In this document: in pieces, positions 44,801-56,691 of the stretch | Numbering within the stretch: position 1 is the stretch's first letter | How the letters are laid out: each line of letters opens with the position of its first letter | Source: Scenedesmus sp. PABB004 | Taxonomy: Eukaryota | Direction of reading: 5' to 3' | NCBI GenBank assembly: GCA_014905635.1 | Contig: JABVCE010000002.1 | Span: 2,294,001 to 2,358,000 of the forward strand | Length of the DNA: 64,000 nt | Translations under genes and position numbers: made by a program | Notes under the pieces: model-generated | What the model was told of the DNA's origin: nothing | The model's input: the letters and a program-made list of their open reading frames with translations, nothing else | Database searches by the model: none

Positions 44801-47767
44801 TGCCCCGGCGGCGGCGCGGCCCTCCCAGCCGTCGCCGTAGCTGATGCCCGGCCACGGCGCCTCCAGCAGCGCCTGCTGCACCTGCAGCGCAAACGCGCAT
44901 GCGTCCAGGGGGCTGTGGAACGCAAGGATGTAGGAGTCACCCTCCTGCGATGTGATGCATGCAGAGACGCGCCGGGTGCTCGGCGCCGGGTGCGGCAGCG
45001 TGGCGGCCCAGCGCGCGCCCCACGCGCCGGCGCGCCGCGGCGCGCACCTGCTCCAGCACGCAGCCGGCAAACGCGTAGGTGGCCTGCCGAATGATGTGGT
45101 TGTGCAGCGCCAGCGCCTGCGGACGCGCACGCGCGGCGCGGCCGCCGCGTCGGCGGCGCGCGGCGCGGAGGAGCCGCACGTGCCGCGCCCCGCACTGCGC
45201 AGCGGCGCCGGGGCACACACCTTGGCCATCGCTTCCGGCTGCTGCTCCATCAAGCGGGTGAAGCCCTGGATGTCAGTCACCGCCACCGACAGGTGCCCCG
45301 ACGACGGCTTGCCCTGCAGCGGCGGCGGCGGCGGCGGCGGGCGCCCAGGCGCTCAGGCGCAGCGCGGGGAGGGTGCGCGCGAGGGTGGGGCGGCGCCGCA
45401 CGCGGGGCTCGCAAACAACTCCCTCCCCCCACCTGCACGCGCTTGCGCTGGTACGCCCACGCCAGGCGCGCGCGCTCGAGGCTGGAGCTGCACTGGCAGG
45501 CCGCCGCGGTGGCACAGACCAGCACGAGGATGCCGAGGGGCACGGCCACGCCAACCACGAGCTTCCACACCCAGTCGCGCGAGTCATCGGCGGCGGGCGA
45601 GCCCGACACGCGCTCCAGCGCCGACACGCGGCCAAGCTGGCCCTGCGACACCTCGTCCGGCACGCCGGACGCTGCGGCGGCGGCGGGCGCGGCGTCAGCC
45701 GCACGCCAACGTGCGGCGCGCGGCGCGCAGGCGCGCCGCGGCGCTGCTAGCTCACACTCGCAGATGAACGCTGCGGGCCGGTTCTCGCAGTCGGCGTAGA
45801 GCACCCCGGGCTCGTTGTCGCCGGGCTCGGGCGGCAGGCCGGGCGGCGGGAACTGATTGACCAGCACGCCGCACACGCGCGCCTCGCGCGGCGAGACGGC
45901 GGTCTGGAACGCCAGCAGGCTGTCGTGCCACATCCAGGAGAACGCACGCTGCCTGCGCGGCGCGGGCGGCACGAGCGGCGGGCGGCGGCGTCGGCGTCCC
46001 GCAGAACCGAGCACGTGCTGGGGCCGCCGGGCGGCGCGCCCCGCCGCGCGGCGCCCGGCCGCGCCCCGCCGCCGGCCGGCGCGCACCTGAGGTGCTTGAC
46101 CAGCGCCGGCGCGACGGGCGTGCGCGCGGCGTCGAGCCAGCGCAGGCTCGCCAGCGTGCGCGCGGCCGCGTCGTCGGACGGCGGCAGCTGCACGCCGGCG
46201 GCGCGGGCGTCGGCGTCGGCGCTGGCGTTGGCGCCGCGGCCGTAATTCTCGCCGACCGCCCCGACCCACGCCGACTGCAGCGCGCGCTGGAACGGCAGCG
46301 CCGGCAGCAGGCGCTGCCCGATGCCCAGCACCGCCTGGCGCTGCGGCAGCACGGCGAGCGAGCCGTTGGGGAGCTCGCGGCACACCGCCGCGGCCTCGTC
46401 AAAGGTGACGCGCTCGGGAAAGAGCGTGAAATCCGAGTCGCCGTAGCGCAGCGACTCGATGCTGGGGTCTGCGGGGCAGAGCCGGGCGGGGCGGCGGGCG
46501 GCCGGGGCGGCGGTGTCAGGCACGGGTGGCCACCACGGCCCGCCGGCGAGGGCCGGCCGCGGCGCGCTGAGCCCCCGCGCCGAGCCCCCGCGCCGCGCGC
46601 CGCTCACTCAGCACAAGCCCATATTTGCGCCAGTCGGCCAGCTGGTCAAAGCACGTCACCACGCCGTCGGCCTGTGCGTAGCTGTCGCTGACGTAGCCGG
46701 CGGTCCAGCCGTTGTCCCCCTGCGCGCCGGACGGCGGGCGGGGCGTTGTCCCCTCGGCTGTCCGCCGCACCGCGTCTGCGCCGCGCCGCGCCGCGCCGCG
46801 TGCGCGCCGCGCAACGCACCGACATGGCCGATGTCTTGAGCCAGCAGTCGTACGAGCTGGCCGGCTCGCCGTCGGGGCCGCGCGTGAGCGCAAAGGTGAT
46901 GTGCGTGCAGTCGGGCGTGGCGGCGCAGACCTCGCGGCACTCGCCCGCGCTGCTCGTGTTGCTCGCGCGGCCGAGGTTGAGCCCCGCGACGTCGTGCGCG
47001 TGTGCGCAGTAGCCCTCATGTGCCGAGCCGCGCGCGCCGCGGTGCTCGTGCTCCAGCAGGCCCGCCAGCGTGCGGCCGAGCTCGTCCCAGTCGGCCTGGC
47101 TGCGCAGGCAGAGGTAGCCGAGCGTGCGGTTCTGCAGGCCGTCGCGCGCGGCAAACGCGGCGCCGAGCTGCGTCGACGGGTAGCTGCGCCCCGGCAGGTT
47201 GCGCCCCGCGCGCTCGACGTCCGACGTGTCGTGGCTCAGCAGGCGGCACGCGGGGCCCGCGAGCGTCGCGGCGCCGACCGACCACGCCGCGGTGCAGCGC
47301 GGCGCGGCGGCGGCGCACGCGGCGTTGCACCAGCGCGCGGTCGCGCCGGCCGTCGCGCGCGGCGCGCCGGGCGGCACCGGCGGCTCGTCGATCGTCGTGC
47401 CGAGCGGCTGCACATAGTCGAGGCACGAGAACGCGCCTGCGGCAGCGGGCGAGCAGAGTGCGGCGGCGTCTTGGTCGGCAGGAGCCAGGGCCGGCAGCGG
47501 CGTGGGAGACGCGCGGCGGCACCGGCGGCGCGGTGCCGGCCAGCAGCGGCGCGCTGCTACCGGTCGGCGGCGGTCGAGCGCGCGGCGGGCCCCAGCTGGC
47601 CCCGCGCGCCGGCGTGCCGGCCTCTGGGACGGACCCCGGGCCCACGCGCCTGTACTGGCGGTGGCGGCCGCGCCCGCGAGGCAGCACGCCCACGCCGCAG
47701 CGACCGCGGCCAGCGCCGCCGCGCCGCGCCGCCGCCGCGCCCGCGGCCCGTCGGCGCGGCGCGTCAT
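41846..47767 (-). CDS. Single-pass receptor nucleotide cyclase: signal peptide, two PAN/apple-like domains, C-type lectin domain, TM helix, two class III cyclase domains
   Basis: PAN: WCNAAC..RCTA..CRL and ECREVCAATPDCTHITF..CWLK. C-type lectin: TFDEAAAVCRE..GSLA..WVG..LRWLD..CGVL..DC..AFICE. TM: WKLVVGVAVPLGILVLVCA. Cyclase 1: VTDIQGFTRL..EGDSYILAF..GLRVRIGIGSG..ANGGQVLI. Cyclase 2: GPRLRMGL..DYCGAAVNSAARI..AHGGQVV. Confidence 0.88.
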
Positions 47768-48080
47768 GGCGAGAGCGCTCTACAGCAGCAGCGGCGTGGC
47801 CCCGCCGCGCGGCGCGCGCGCATCGCGCGGGACGGGGTCGGGGCGCTCCGCGTGCGGCAGCCGCGTTCTCGGCTTTCGGCGGGGTGCAAAAGCTGATGGG
47901 CGGTTCCGGCCGGCGCGGCGCCATGCGTGGTGCAGCGGGCCGGGCGGCGGCGGAGAGTGACACTGCGGAACCCCGCCGCCGCTGCTCCCACGGCCGCCGT
48001 CCGCATCCGCCCGAACAGCCTCCCGACATGATGAAGCACGGCGCGCCCACACCGCTCCCGCCGGGGCGCGGCCGCGCCGA

Positions 48081-49464
48081 TCAGAAGCCGTCCTGCGAGC
48101 GGCGCGCGGCGGTCGGGGCCTGCGCGCCGCGCGCCGCGCGCCGCTCCCGCGCAGCGCGGCGCCGCCGGGGCGGGCTCACGAAGTAGCACATCACGTCGCT
48201 GGTCGTCCACTTGGTGCTCGTGTCGACGTCGTGGAGGCCCATCGTGTACGTCGGCGCCATGACCTCGACCACGTCCTGCGGCGCGCCGCGGCGCGGCGCG
48301 CGGCGCGGCGCAGCGCGTGGGCGCGCGCCGCCGCCGCTCCTGCCGCGCCCCGCCGCCGCTGGCCCCGCTGCGTCTGCGGCGCGCGCGGCGCCGCCGCTGC
48401 TAAACCCCCGCGCCTGCAGTATGAGGAAGCCGAAGAGCGGCGTGAAGTCGAGCTGGCCGAACAGCGGCGGCAGAATGCCGCGGTAGATCTGGAGGTACGG
48501 CTCCGTGATCTGGCGGCGCGGCGGCGGCGTTACGTGGCAAGGCGGCGGGGCGGCGGGGCGGCGTTGGGGCGGCCGGGGGCGGCGGGCGCGCGGGAGGCGC
48601 GAGAGGGAGCAAAGGGAGAGAGAGGGGCAGAGCGAGAGAGACGGAGCGAGAGGGCGGGAGGGAGGGGGCGCGGGGGGCGCACCAGGCGCAGGAAGGTCCA
48701 GGGCTGCGCGTTCCAGTCGATGCCGGGGAACCAGCTGAGCAGCACGCGCATGAAGAGGCAGAAGACATACATCTGTGTGCGTGTGTTGCGTGTGGCGCGG
48801 TTTGTTGTGGGCGCGCGGCGCGTGTGGGCGCGCGCCAACCACGCGTGCGAGCGCGCGGCCGCCGCGCGGCGCCGCGCCCGCGGCCGCGGCGGAGCCGCGG
48901 GGCGCGCCTTGGCAAAGCCGAACGCCGCCTTCTCAAACGTGCGCGCGTAGACGGCGGTCAGGCTCTCCTGGCTCACGCGCGCGAGCGGCAGCACGAGCAC
49001 CGCCATGGTGCGCATGTTGCGGTAGAGGCCCAGCAGCTGCGCCTGCGCGACCTGCGCGCACGCGGAAAGGCGCGGCGCGGCGCGGGTCGTGCCGCGCCCA
49101 GCGCAGCGGCTGCCGCCGCCGCCGCGCGAGCCCCGCGCGCGCGCCGCGCCTGCTTGTCGACGCCCTGCAGCTGCGGGAACGCCTGAGCGAAGCGCTCGCG
49201 CGCCGCCGCGAAGAAGGCCTGGCACGCCGCGACGACGCTCGCGGCGAGCTGCCACGCCGGCTGCTGCTGCGCCGCCGCCGCGAGCTGCGCCCAGCCCGCC
49301 GCGGCACCGCTGCTGCTGCAGCGGATCTGCAGCGCGCCCGCCCGCCGCGAGCCCGGGGCGGGGCGGGCGGGCGGCGCCAGCGCGGGCAGCCGGCTGCTGC
49401 CGCCCCGGCGCGCGCCCGCCGCGGCCGGCCGGCCCAGCCCGACGCCACGCGACGCCAGGAGCAT
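48081..49464 (-). CDS. YLMG: YGGT/YlmG family chloroplast membrane protein
   Basis: MYVFCLFMRVLLSWFPGIDW..QPW.FLR.|ITEPYLQIYRGILPPLFGQLDFTPLFGFLILQ. Transit-peptide-like N-terminus (..LQIRCSSS). Confidence 0.92.
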
Positions 49465-49742
49465 CGTGCCCGATGCCAATGCGCGCGAGCCGATCGGCTG
49501 CTGCGCCTGCTGCTGCTGCTGCTGCGGAGGCGGCGGCCGCTGCTCGCGGCGCGCGGCTCGCGGCGCGGCTGGCGGGCCGGGGTGCGCTGTGCGCGACGCC
49601 GGGCTTGCTGCGTGAGGGCCGTGCGTCGGCGGCGGCTGGCCGCGCGGCGGCGGCGGTTCTCGCTCGCGGCGCGCGGCCGCGGCTCCGCCCCGGGGCGTCG
49701 CGCCCACGCCGACCGCAGCGCGCGAGCAGTCCTGCCGGCGGC

Positions 49743-49747
49743 TTACA
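49743..49747 (-). promoter_or_regulatory. TGTAA polyadenylation signal
   Basis: ttaca on the plus strand, about 280 nt downstream of the EEP stop. Confidence 0.65.
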
Positions 49748-50023
49748 ACACACGCGGCCGGCGACGCCGCCGGCGCTGGACGGAGCGGCCGCGCCGCCAC
49801 GCGCTGCGCCCGACGGCGCGCGGCGCCTGCCGCGGCGGCGGCGCCGGCGCCGCCCTGCCTACTCCGACAACAACAGATCAAACGCCCGGCTGCTGCTGTA
49901 CATCAATTGGTCCGAGCGAGATGGGTGGGTTCGCGCGCGAGTGCACCGCCGCAGAAGCCCGTGCGCCACGTGCCGTGTTGGTACAAGAAACCCCCGCCGC
50001 GAGGCCGCCGCGCCGCCGCGTCG

Positions 50024-52097
50024 TCACCAGCTGCTGCTGGTGCTCTCGCTGCCGGCGGGCCGGCGCGGCGCCGCGGCGCCGCCGCCGTCGCGGCGCCGCG
50101 CCGCGAGGCGCAGCCGCACCGCGAGGCCGAGGTGGTCGCTCGGGAAGAGCGTGGCGTCGTGCTTCGCCGGCGCCGCGCCGCAGAGCTGCGCCGCGGCGAC
50201 GGTGAGGTCGTAGCCGGGCGCGGTCCACGCATACACGTAGTCCGCGCAGTGCGCCTCGCCCTCGTCCATGAGCGGCGCCACGATGCCGCTCGGCCACGTG
50301 CGCGCGGGCTCCTCGCCGTGCGCCGCCTGCGCGCGGGCGCGCGGGCGTGCGCCGTCGTCGGGCGCGGCGCGGCGGCCCCGCCGCGGGCGCGCGCAGCGCA
50401 CGCGGCGGCCCCGCGGAGCACGCGTCGCGGCGGCCGCGGCGGCGGACCTTGTGGGCCGACACGAAGCCGTACGCCGCCATGGTGCGGTGCAGCTCTTCAC
50501 TCGGCGGCGCGTTGAGGTCGCCCGTGACCACCACGCCCGCGCAGCCGCCCTTGAGCGGCGCGACCCAGTCGCAGATCGCCGCCATCTGGCGGCTGCGGAT
50601 GCTCGGCGCCGCGTGGTCAAGGTGCGTGTTGACGAGCCACACGTACGCGACCTCGCGCTCCGCGGGCGGCGACGACGCGTCGCCGCCGCCGCGCGCCGGC
50701 GGCGGCGGCGCCAGCTGCAGCGCGAGGCACACGCGCTGCGCGGCGCGGAAGTCGCCGAGGACGAGCACGTCCCCCACGCCCGCACCCGCGGCGCCGCCGG
50801 CGCCGGCGCTCGCGGCGGCGGCGCCGCCCGGCCAGCAGCCGGCGGTGCTGCTGCAGAGGCCCGCCCTGGCCTTGGGCGGCGCGGCGCTACTGCTGCCCGC
50901 CGCAGCCGGCGCCGCTGCGCCGCAGGGCTGCGCCACCATGGGCAGCCGGCTGGCAATCGAGTTGCCATAGAACGGCGCGATCGCCAGGTCCCTGCGCGAG
51001 GCCGGGCCGGCGGCAGCAGCGGCGGCGCGGGCGCGGTGGTGGGCGCCGCGCCGCCCGCCGGGCGGGGGGGGGGGGGCGCCGCTCCGCCCGCCCCCCCCCC
51101 CCCCCCCGCCGCGCGCCCGCTCACCGCAGCATCCTGCTCCAGCTGCCCGTGAGCTGGTTGCGCTCGCGCCAGCCCTCGACCGACTCTGGCAGCGATACGA
51201 GCAGCGCCCGCGCCCAGCCGACGCGCAGCAGCGCCCGCACCGCCGCGGCGTACGCCGCGCCCGCCGCGCCGCTGGCGCCGACGTGCTGCAGCGCGGCGCG
51301 GCACTCGTGGACCTCGTAGCCCTCGCCCAGCAGGCGCAGCTCCTGCGCAAACTCGCCTGCGCGGCGCGGCCGCGGCGTGGTGCGTGGGGCGCGGGCAGCA
51401 CGCGCCCGGCCCGCGCGCTGCGCGGCGCCGCGTGGTGCGGCGCGCCGGCGGCCGCGTCCAGCGCCCGGCCGGCACGCGCACCGGTGAGCACCTCCTGGAA
51501 GCAGACGACGTCCGGCTGCGCCTCCGCGAGGCAGCGGCGCAGCTCGGGCGCGCGCTCGGGCCAGCGGTCCATGACACCGCGGATGTTGAAGGTCACGACG
51601 CAGACCTCGGCGCTGCCCGCCATGGCCGCGAGCACGAGCGGCCGCCGCGCGGCGCGGCGCGCCGCGTGCCACCGCCGCACGCCGCGCGCCGCGACGCCCG
51701 CCGCGAGGCCGCCGAGCGCGGCGCCCTGCACGCCGGCGCCGCCGAGCGCGAACGCGGCGAGGCCCGGCAGCTGCGCCGCGGCGTGCAGCAGCGCGCGCGC
51801 CGCGGGCGCGCCGCCGAGCGGCAGCGCGCGCGCCGCGGCCGCGCAGAGCGCGCCCAGGCGGCGCAGGCGGCCCCGGCGGCAGCGCGGCGCCCCTGGCGAG
51901 GCGCCCGGCGGGGGGGTGGGGCTCCGCTGCTGCTGCTGCTCCAGCTGCTGCTGCTCCGCCCGCCCCGATCGCGCGCCGTGGCCCAGCAGCAGCCAGGGGG
52001 GCAGCGGGAGCGGCGGCACCAGCCGGGGAAGCGCCCGGGCGGCCTGGCGCCGCGCCGCAGCGAGGAGCACGCGGCGCGGGAGCAGCGCCACGGACAT
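50024..52097 (-). CDS. Endonuclease/exonuclease/phosphatase (EEP) family hydrolase (start 52097 or 51623)
   Basis: VVTFNI, PDVVCFQEV, YGNSI, VNTHLDH, VVTGDLNA, DYVY and PSDHLGL form the complete EEP motif set. Confidence 0.9.
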
Positions 52098-52728
52098 CTC
52101 CAAGCCCTGGGGAGCTTTTGGCGTTGCCCGCCCGCGGGGCGCAGCGCAGCCCGCGGCGCGCGGAGGTGGTGTGCGACGCGTCGGCGCGGTGGCGAGGGGG
52201 CGGCCAGGGCTGGCAGGGGGAGCGGCAGGCTGCGAGTCAACCGCGAGTCTCCTCGCGCCGGGCATCTTCGCGCGGTCGATGCCGCGCGAGGTTACTTCGC
52301 GCACAGAGAGAGCGCCACCAAGCACGAGAACGGCGAGCCCGCCGCTGCCGCTCCCCGGCCGCGCTGCCGGCGGCGCGGCCGCGCGCGTCGCGCGCGCTCG
52401 GGCCACGGCGGCGAGCGCCCTGCCGCACCGCACCACCGTCTCCAGGCAGCTCTGCAGTACCTCAAGAACGGGCCGGCGGCGCCCGTGCGCGGTCGAGCGC
52501 GGCGGCGCGCGGCCGTGGCGCGGCGGCAGACCTGCCGGCGTCGCCTCGATGACTGCGTGGCTCCCCGACCGGCCACGCCTTCATCCAGGCGACGCCGGCG
52601 CTGCTGCCGCACAGCCCACCAGCGCGCGCGCGTCCACTCTAGGCGGCCAAGCGCGACCTGGCCCCACGCGGCACACGCAGGGGCGCGGAGCTGCCGCCGC
52701 CGCCAAACGCCGGCGCGACGGCCTCCAC

Positions 52729-52856
52729 GCCGGAGAACAAGGCGGCTTCTTCGCTTCTTCTACGCGGCCGTGGAAGAAGCAGAAGAAGAAGCCGCGCGGC
52801 TTCTACTTCTTCTTCTTCCACGGCCACGGAGAAGAAGGCGCGCCTTCTTCCCCGGC
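52729..52856. repeat. Long imperfect inverted repeat (fold-back hairpin) rich in GAA/TTC
   Basis: Core arms 52766-52795 and 52796-52825 are 28/30 reverse-complementary. Outer arms extend to 52729 and 52856 with one bulge. Confidence 0.9.
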
Positions 52857-53055
52857 ATGAAGGCCGTCGCCGGCGCCGGCGCCGGCCTGCGGCGGGGGGC
52901 AGAGACGGGGGTGAAGAGCGGCGGCAGTGGTGGCACACGCGCCAGCCGGGCGCGCGCGGGGTTGGTGGCGCGCGTCTCGTTGGCGCGCCGCCGACCACCA
53001 ACACGTGGGCGCGCTCGAGCCGCGGGCGACCAAGAGCTGCGGGCAAACAAGGAGG

Positions 53056-53126
53056 GCACGCACGCAGACCTGCGCAGGTCTGCGTGAGTGCACACCTCGT
53101 CGAGCTGCGCAGGTCTGCGTGAGTGC
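53056..53126. repeat. 26-bp perfect palindrome plus 22-bp direct repeat
   Basis: cacgcagacctgc|gcaggtctgcgtg at 53061-53086. ctgcgcaggtctgcgtgagtgc at 53070-53091 and 53105-53126. Confidence 0.9.
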
Positions 53127-54307
53127 CTTCCTTGCATGCGCAGTCCGTGGCCCCCTCCCCCCGCGCCCCCTCCCCGCGAGCGCACGCACGACGCGGCGCC
53201 GCCTAGCGGGCGGCCCGGCACCGCCGGGCGCGCCCACACCACACGCACACCAACACCCCGCCGCGCAGCGCTGATCGGCGCGCTGGCCGCGCCGCTGAAG
53301 GAGGTGATTGGTGATCGGCAGGCACCATGACCACCTTCACCGCCACCTTTGGCGGCGCCGCCAAGGCCGCGGGCACGACGAGCGGGGGAGCTGCTGCTGC
53401 GGCAAGACTCCGCCGCGACGGCCGCCATGCCAAGATGGAAGCCTCGTGCTTCTTCAGCATGGAGGCCAGCGCGGCGGCTCGCGCCGCCGGCGGCGGCGGT
53501 GGAGAGCGCCGCCCCCACGCGCGGTGGCTCGACGTCTACCCACCGCCGCCGCCGGCGGCGCGAGGCGCCGCGATGGCCTCCGCCCCGTGCGCGCGCGCGG
53601 GTTGGCGCGCGTGTGCGGTCGGCGCGCCGGCCGGCCGGGCTGCACCCGTGCTGCTTCAACGGCAAGAAGCCGCGCGAGTGCAGCCCGGCCAGGCCAGCGC
53701 GCGTCCCCGGCGGCGGCGGTGGAGAACGCCAGCCGTGGCGCGCCAGGGCTGGACGCGCCCACCGCCGCCGCCGCCGGCGGCGGCACACCAAGTTGGAGTG
53801 TGGCGGGCTGCGGCGTCGGCGGCGGGGCGCGGCGGCGGGGCGGCGCGCGGCTCGGGCGATTCTTGCCGCTGCTGCGCCGGCGCTGCTGCGCGCGCGGCGC
53901 GGGCCGCCGCTGTCGGCGCTCGTGGCGTCCGGCGGGGAGGCGCACGCCCCGCCCGCCAGCGGGCAATCACCTTGATCCGCGCTGCGGGCCGCATCGCGTC
54001 GCGGCGCTGACGCGCAGCTGCGGAGCGGGCTGCGGACGTCCCGCCAGAGCTCCCCTCCCGGGGCTCTGGCGGGACCGGGAGGGGGCAGCGCGCGGCCACG
54101 AGGCGGCTGAACTGCGGGGCGTGCCGGGAAGGAGGGCGGCGGGCGGCGGAAGCTCGGCGGTCCAAAACGTGCCCCGCCAGAGCCGCCGCCGGCGCCGCCG
54201 CGCTTGCTCGAGGCGAAGCGCAGAGGAAAGCAGCGCCCCGAGCCAGGCGCCGCCTCGCGCCTTGGCAGCAGCAGCCGGTCGGCGGCAGCGGGCGCGTCGC
54301 CGGAAAG

Positions 54308-56651
54308 ATGGCGGCGCCGGCGCCGCGCGAGCGCAAGCGCAAGTGGGACGCTCCCGCGCCGGACGGGGCCGCCGCATCGGGTGGAGGCGGCCTCACGCCG
54401 TCCATGGTCGCCGGCGCGCAGGCGGCAGCGGCGGCGGCCGCCCAGGCGCTCGCGGTGCGCTCCGCCGCGCCCACCGCGCAGCGCGGCAGCCGTGCGGCCG
54501 CCCAGCACGGCCGGGGCTGGACCTTCGAGCTCCCCGCGCCCTGAGCGCCGCAGATCGCGCCAGCCGGCGGCCCGCCGCGCACGGCAGCGCCGCCGCTGCT
54601 GCTGCCGCCGCTGCTGCCGCCGCTGCTGCCGCCGCCGCTGCGCCGCCTCTCACCCCACCGCCCACTCCCACTCCCATGCCCCGCGCCCCCCGCGCAGGGC
54701 GGCAACCCCGCCGCGCAGGCGGCCGCGGCCACGATCGCGGCCGAGATGGCAGCCCAGGCGCTCGCGGCCGCGGCGGCGGCCGGCGGCGGCGCGCCGCCGC
54801 GCGGCGGCGGCGCCGAGATTGCGGCAGAGGTCGCCATCAACGACGCCGCGCCGGCGGCGCGCCTGCTGCTCACCAAGCGCGCGGTTCAGGAGGAGATCAG
54901 CCGCCGCACGAGCGCGCTGCTCACGACGCGCGGCCGCTACATCCCCGACGGCGCGTCGGCCGGCGGCGAGCGGCCGCTCCACCTGCGCATCACCCCCGGC
55001 ACCAAGGCCGGCGAGGTGCGCGCGGCGCGGGGGCACGGGGCGCGCGCGCTTCCGCCGCCGCGGCCACGTGGCGCCGCGCAGCCCCCGCGCCGCCCACACC
55101 GCGCCGCCGCCCGCACCGCGCGCCGCCGTCGCAGAGCGACGAGGCAAAGTGGCGCGCCGTGGACGCCGGCGTCGCCGACGTGCGCGCCATCATGGCCGGC
55201 GTGCCGCTCACACAGCTGCCGCCGCCGGGCGCGCTGCTCGCGCCGCCGGCGCCGCGGCCCGGCGGCGCCCGCGCCGGCGCCGCGCCGGCCGCGCTCGGCC
55301 CGCCGCCGCCCGCGGGCGTGCCCGGCGCCGCCCCCGCGGCGGGCGCGGGCGGCGCCGGCGCCGGCGCGTGGCGGCCGCAGGTGGTCAGCAACGCGCCCAA
55401 CCACGCCTCGGTGCTCGTGGGCTTTGAGGCGCCGCCCGAGTTCAACCTCGCCGCCAGGCTGCGCGGGCCGGGTGCGCCCGCGCTCGCGGGCCCGCCGCGC
55501 GGGCAGGCGACCGCCGCCGCCGCCGCCGCCGCCGCCGCGCCAGCGGGCGAGAGCGGCGGCCGCGCTGACGGCTGCACGCGCCGCGCCGCGCCGCGCGCAG
55601 GCGACGCGTATCTGTCGCACATCGCCGTCGCGACGAGCTCGACCGTCGTGCTCGCCGGCCGCGGCAGCGGCGGCGGCGCCGCGGCGCCGTGGCAGCAGGC
55701 GCAGCCGCTGCACCTCAGCATCACCGCGGCCTCGCCCGCCGCGCTGGCCGAGGCGCAGCGGCTGTGCGAGGACCTGATCGTCACCCTGCGCGCCGAGCTC
55801 GCGGCGCAGCGCCCGGGCTGGCTTGAGAGCCCCGCCGCAGCCGCAGGCGCGCAGGGCGCGCCTCCGCCGGCCGGCGCGCAGCAGCAGGGCGCGGCGGCGC
55901 CGCCGTCTCCGTACGCGGCGCCCGGGCCGGCGCCCGCCGGCCAGCCCGCAGCGGCGGCGGGCCACGCGCCCCAGGGCGGCGGGCCGCCGGCCGCGTTCCC
56001 GGCCGGCGCGCCCGCGCCGCAGGCGTGGCAGCCGCAGCAGCAGCCGCAGGCACAGCCGCAGCAGCTGCAGCACGCCTACTGCGCCCAGCAGCAGCAGCCG
56101 CAGCAGCAGATGCCTCACGTGCAGTACCAGCTGCAGTACCAGCAGCAGCAGTACCCGCAGCCCCTCGGCCCCGCGAGCGGCCAGCAGCAGCAGCCCTACT
56201 ATGGCGTGCAGGCCCCCGGGCAGGCGGCGTACGGCTACCAGCCGCAGGCAGGCCCGCCACAGGCGCAGCAGCAGCAGTTCTACGCGCAGGGCGCGCTGCC
56301 AGGGCAGCAGACACCCTACGCGCAGCAGCAGCCCCACGCGCAGCAGGGCTATGTGCAACAGCCCCACGCGCAGCCCTACGCTCAGCAGGGCGGCAGCTAC
56401 GCTCCGCCCGGCCACATGGCCCCGCCCGGCGGCGGCGGCTTCGCCCCGGGCGGCGGCCCCCGCAGTGGGGCGCAGCGCCGCAGGCGCCGGCGGGCTGGGG
56501 CGGGCCGGCGGCGAACACGTATGCCTATGGCGGCGCTGGCGGTCCCTACGGGGCGCCGGCGGGCCAGCAGCAGCTCGGGGGGGCTCCGTACGGCGCCCCG
56601 CCGGGTGCCTACCCGGGGCAGCAGCAGCAGGCCGGCCTGCAGCAGCAGCAA

Positions 56652-56691
<40 letters not shown>

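Noticed and set aside
53327..54010. ORF MTTFTATFGG... as a gene
   Set aside because: No recognisable domain or supported exon chain. It cannot be distinguished from a chance ORF.
56455..56465. Apparent frameshift in the KH gene (GGGP to PQWGAAP)
   Set aside because: One missing C in a C-run restores the frame. An assembly indel is more likely than recoding or a pseudogene. Raw reads would decide.
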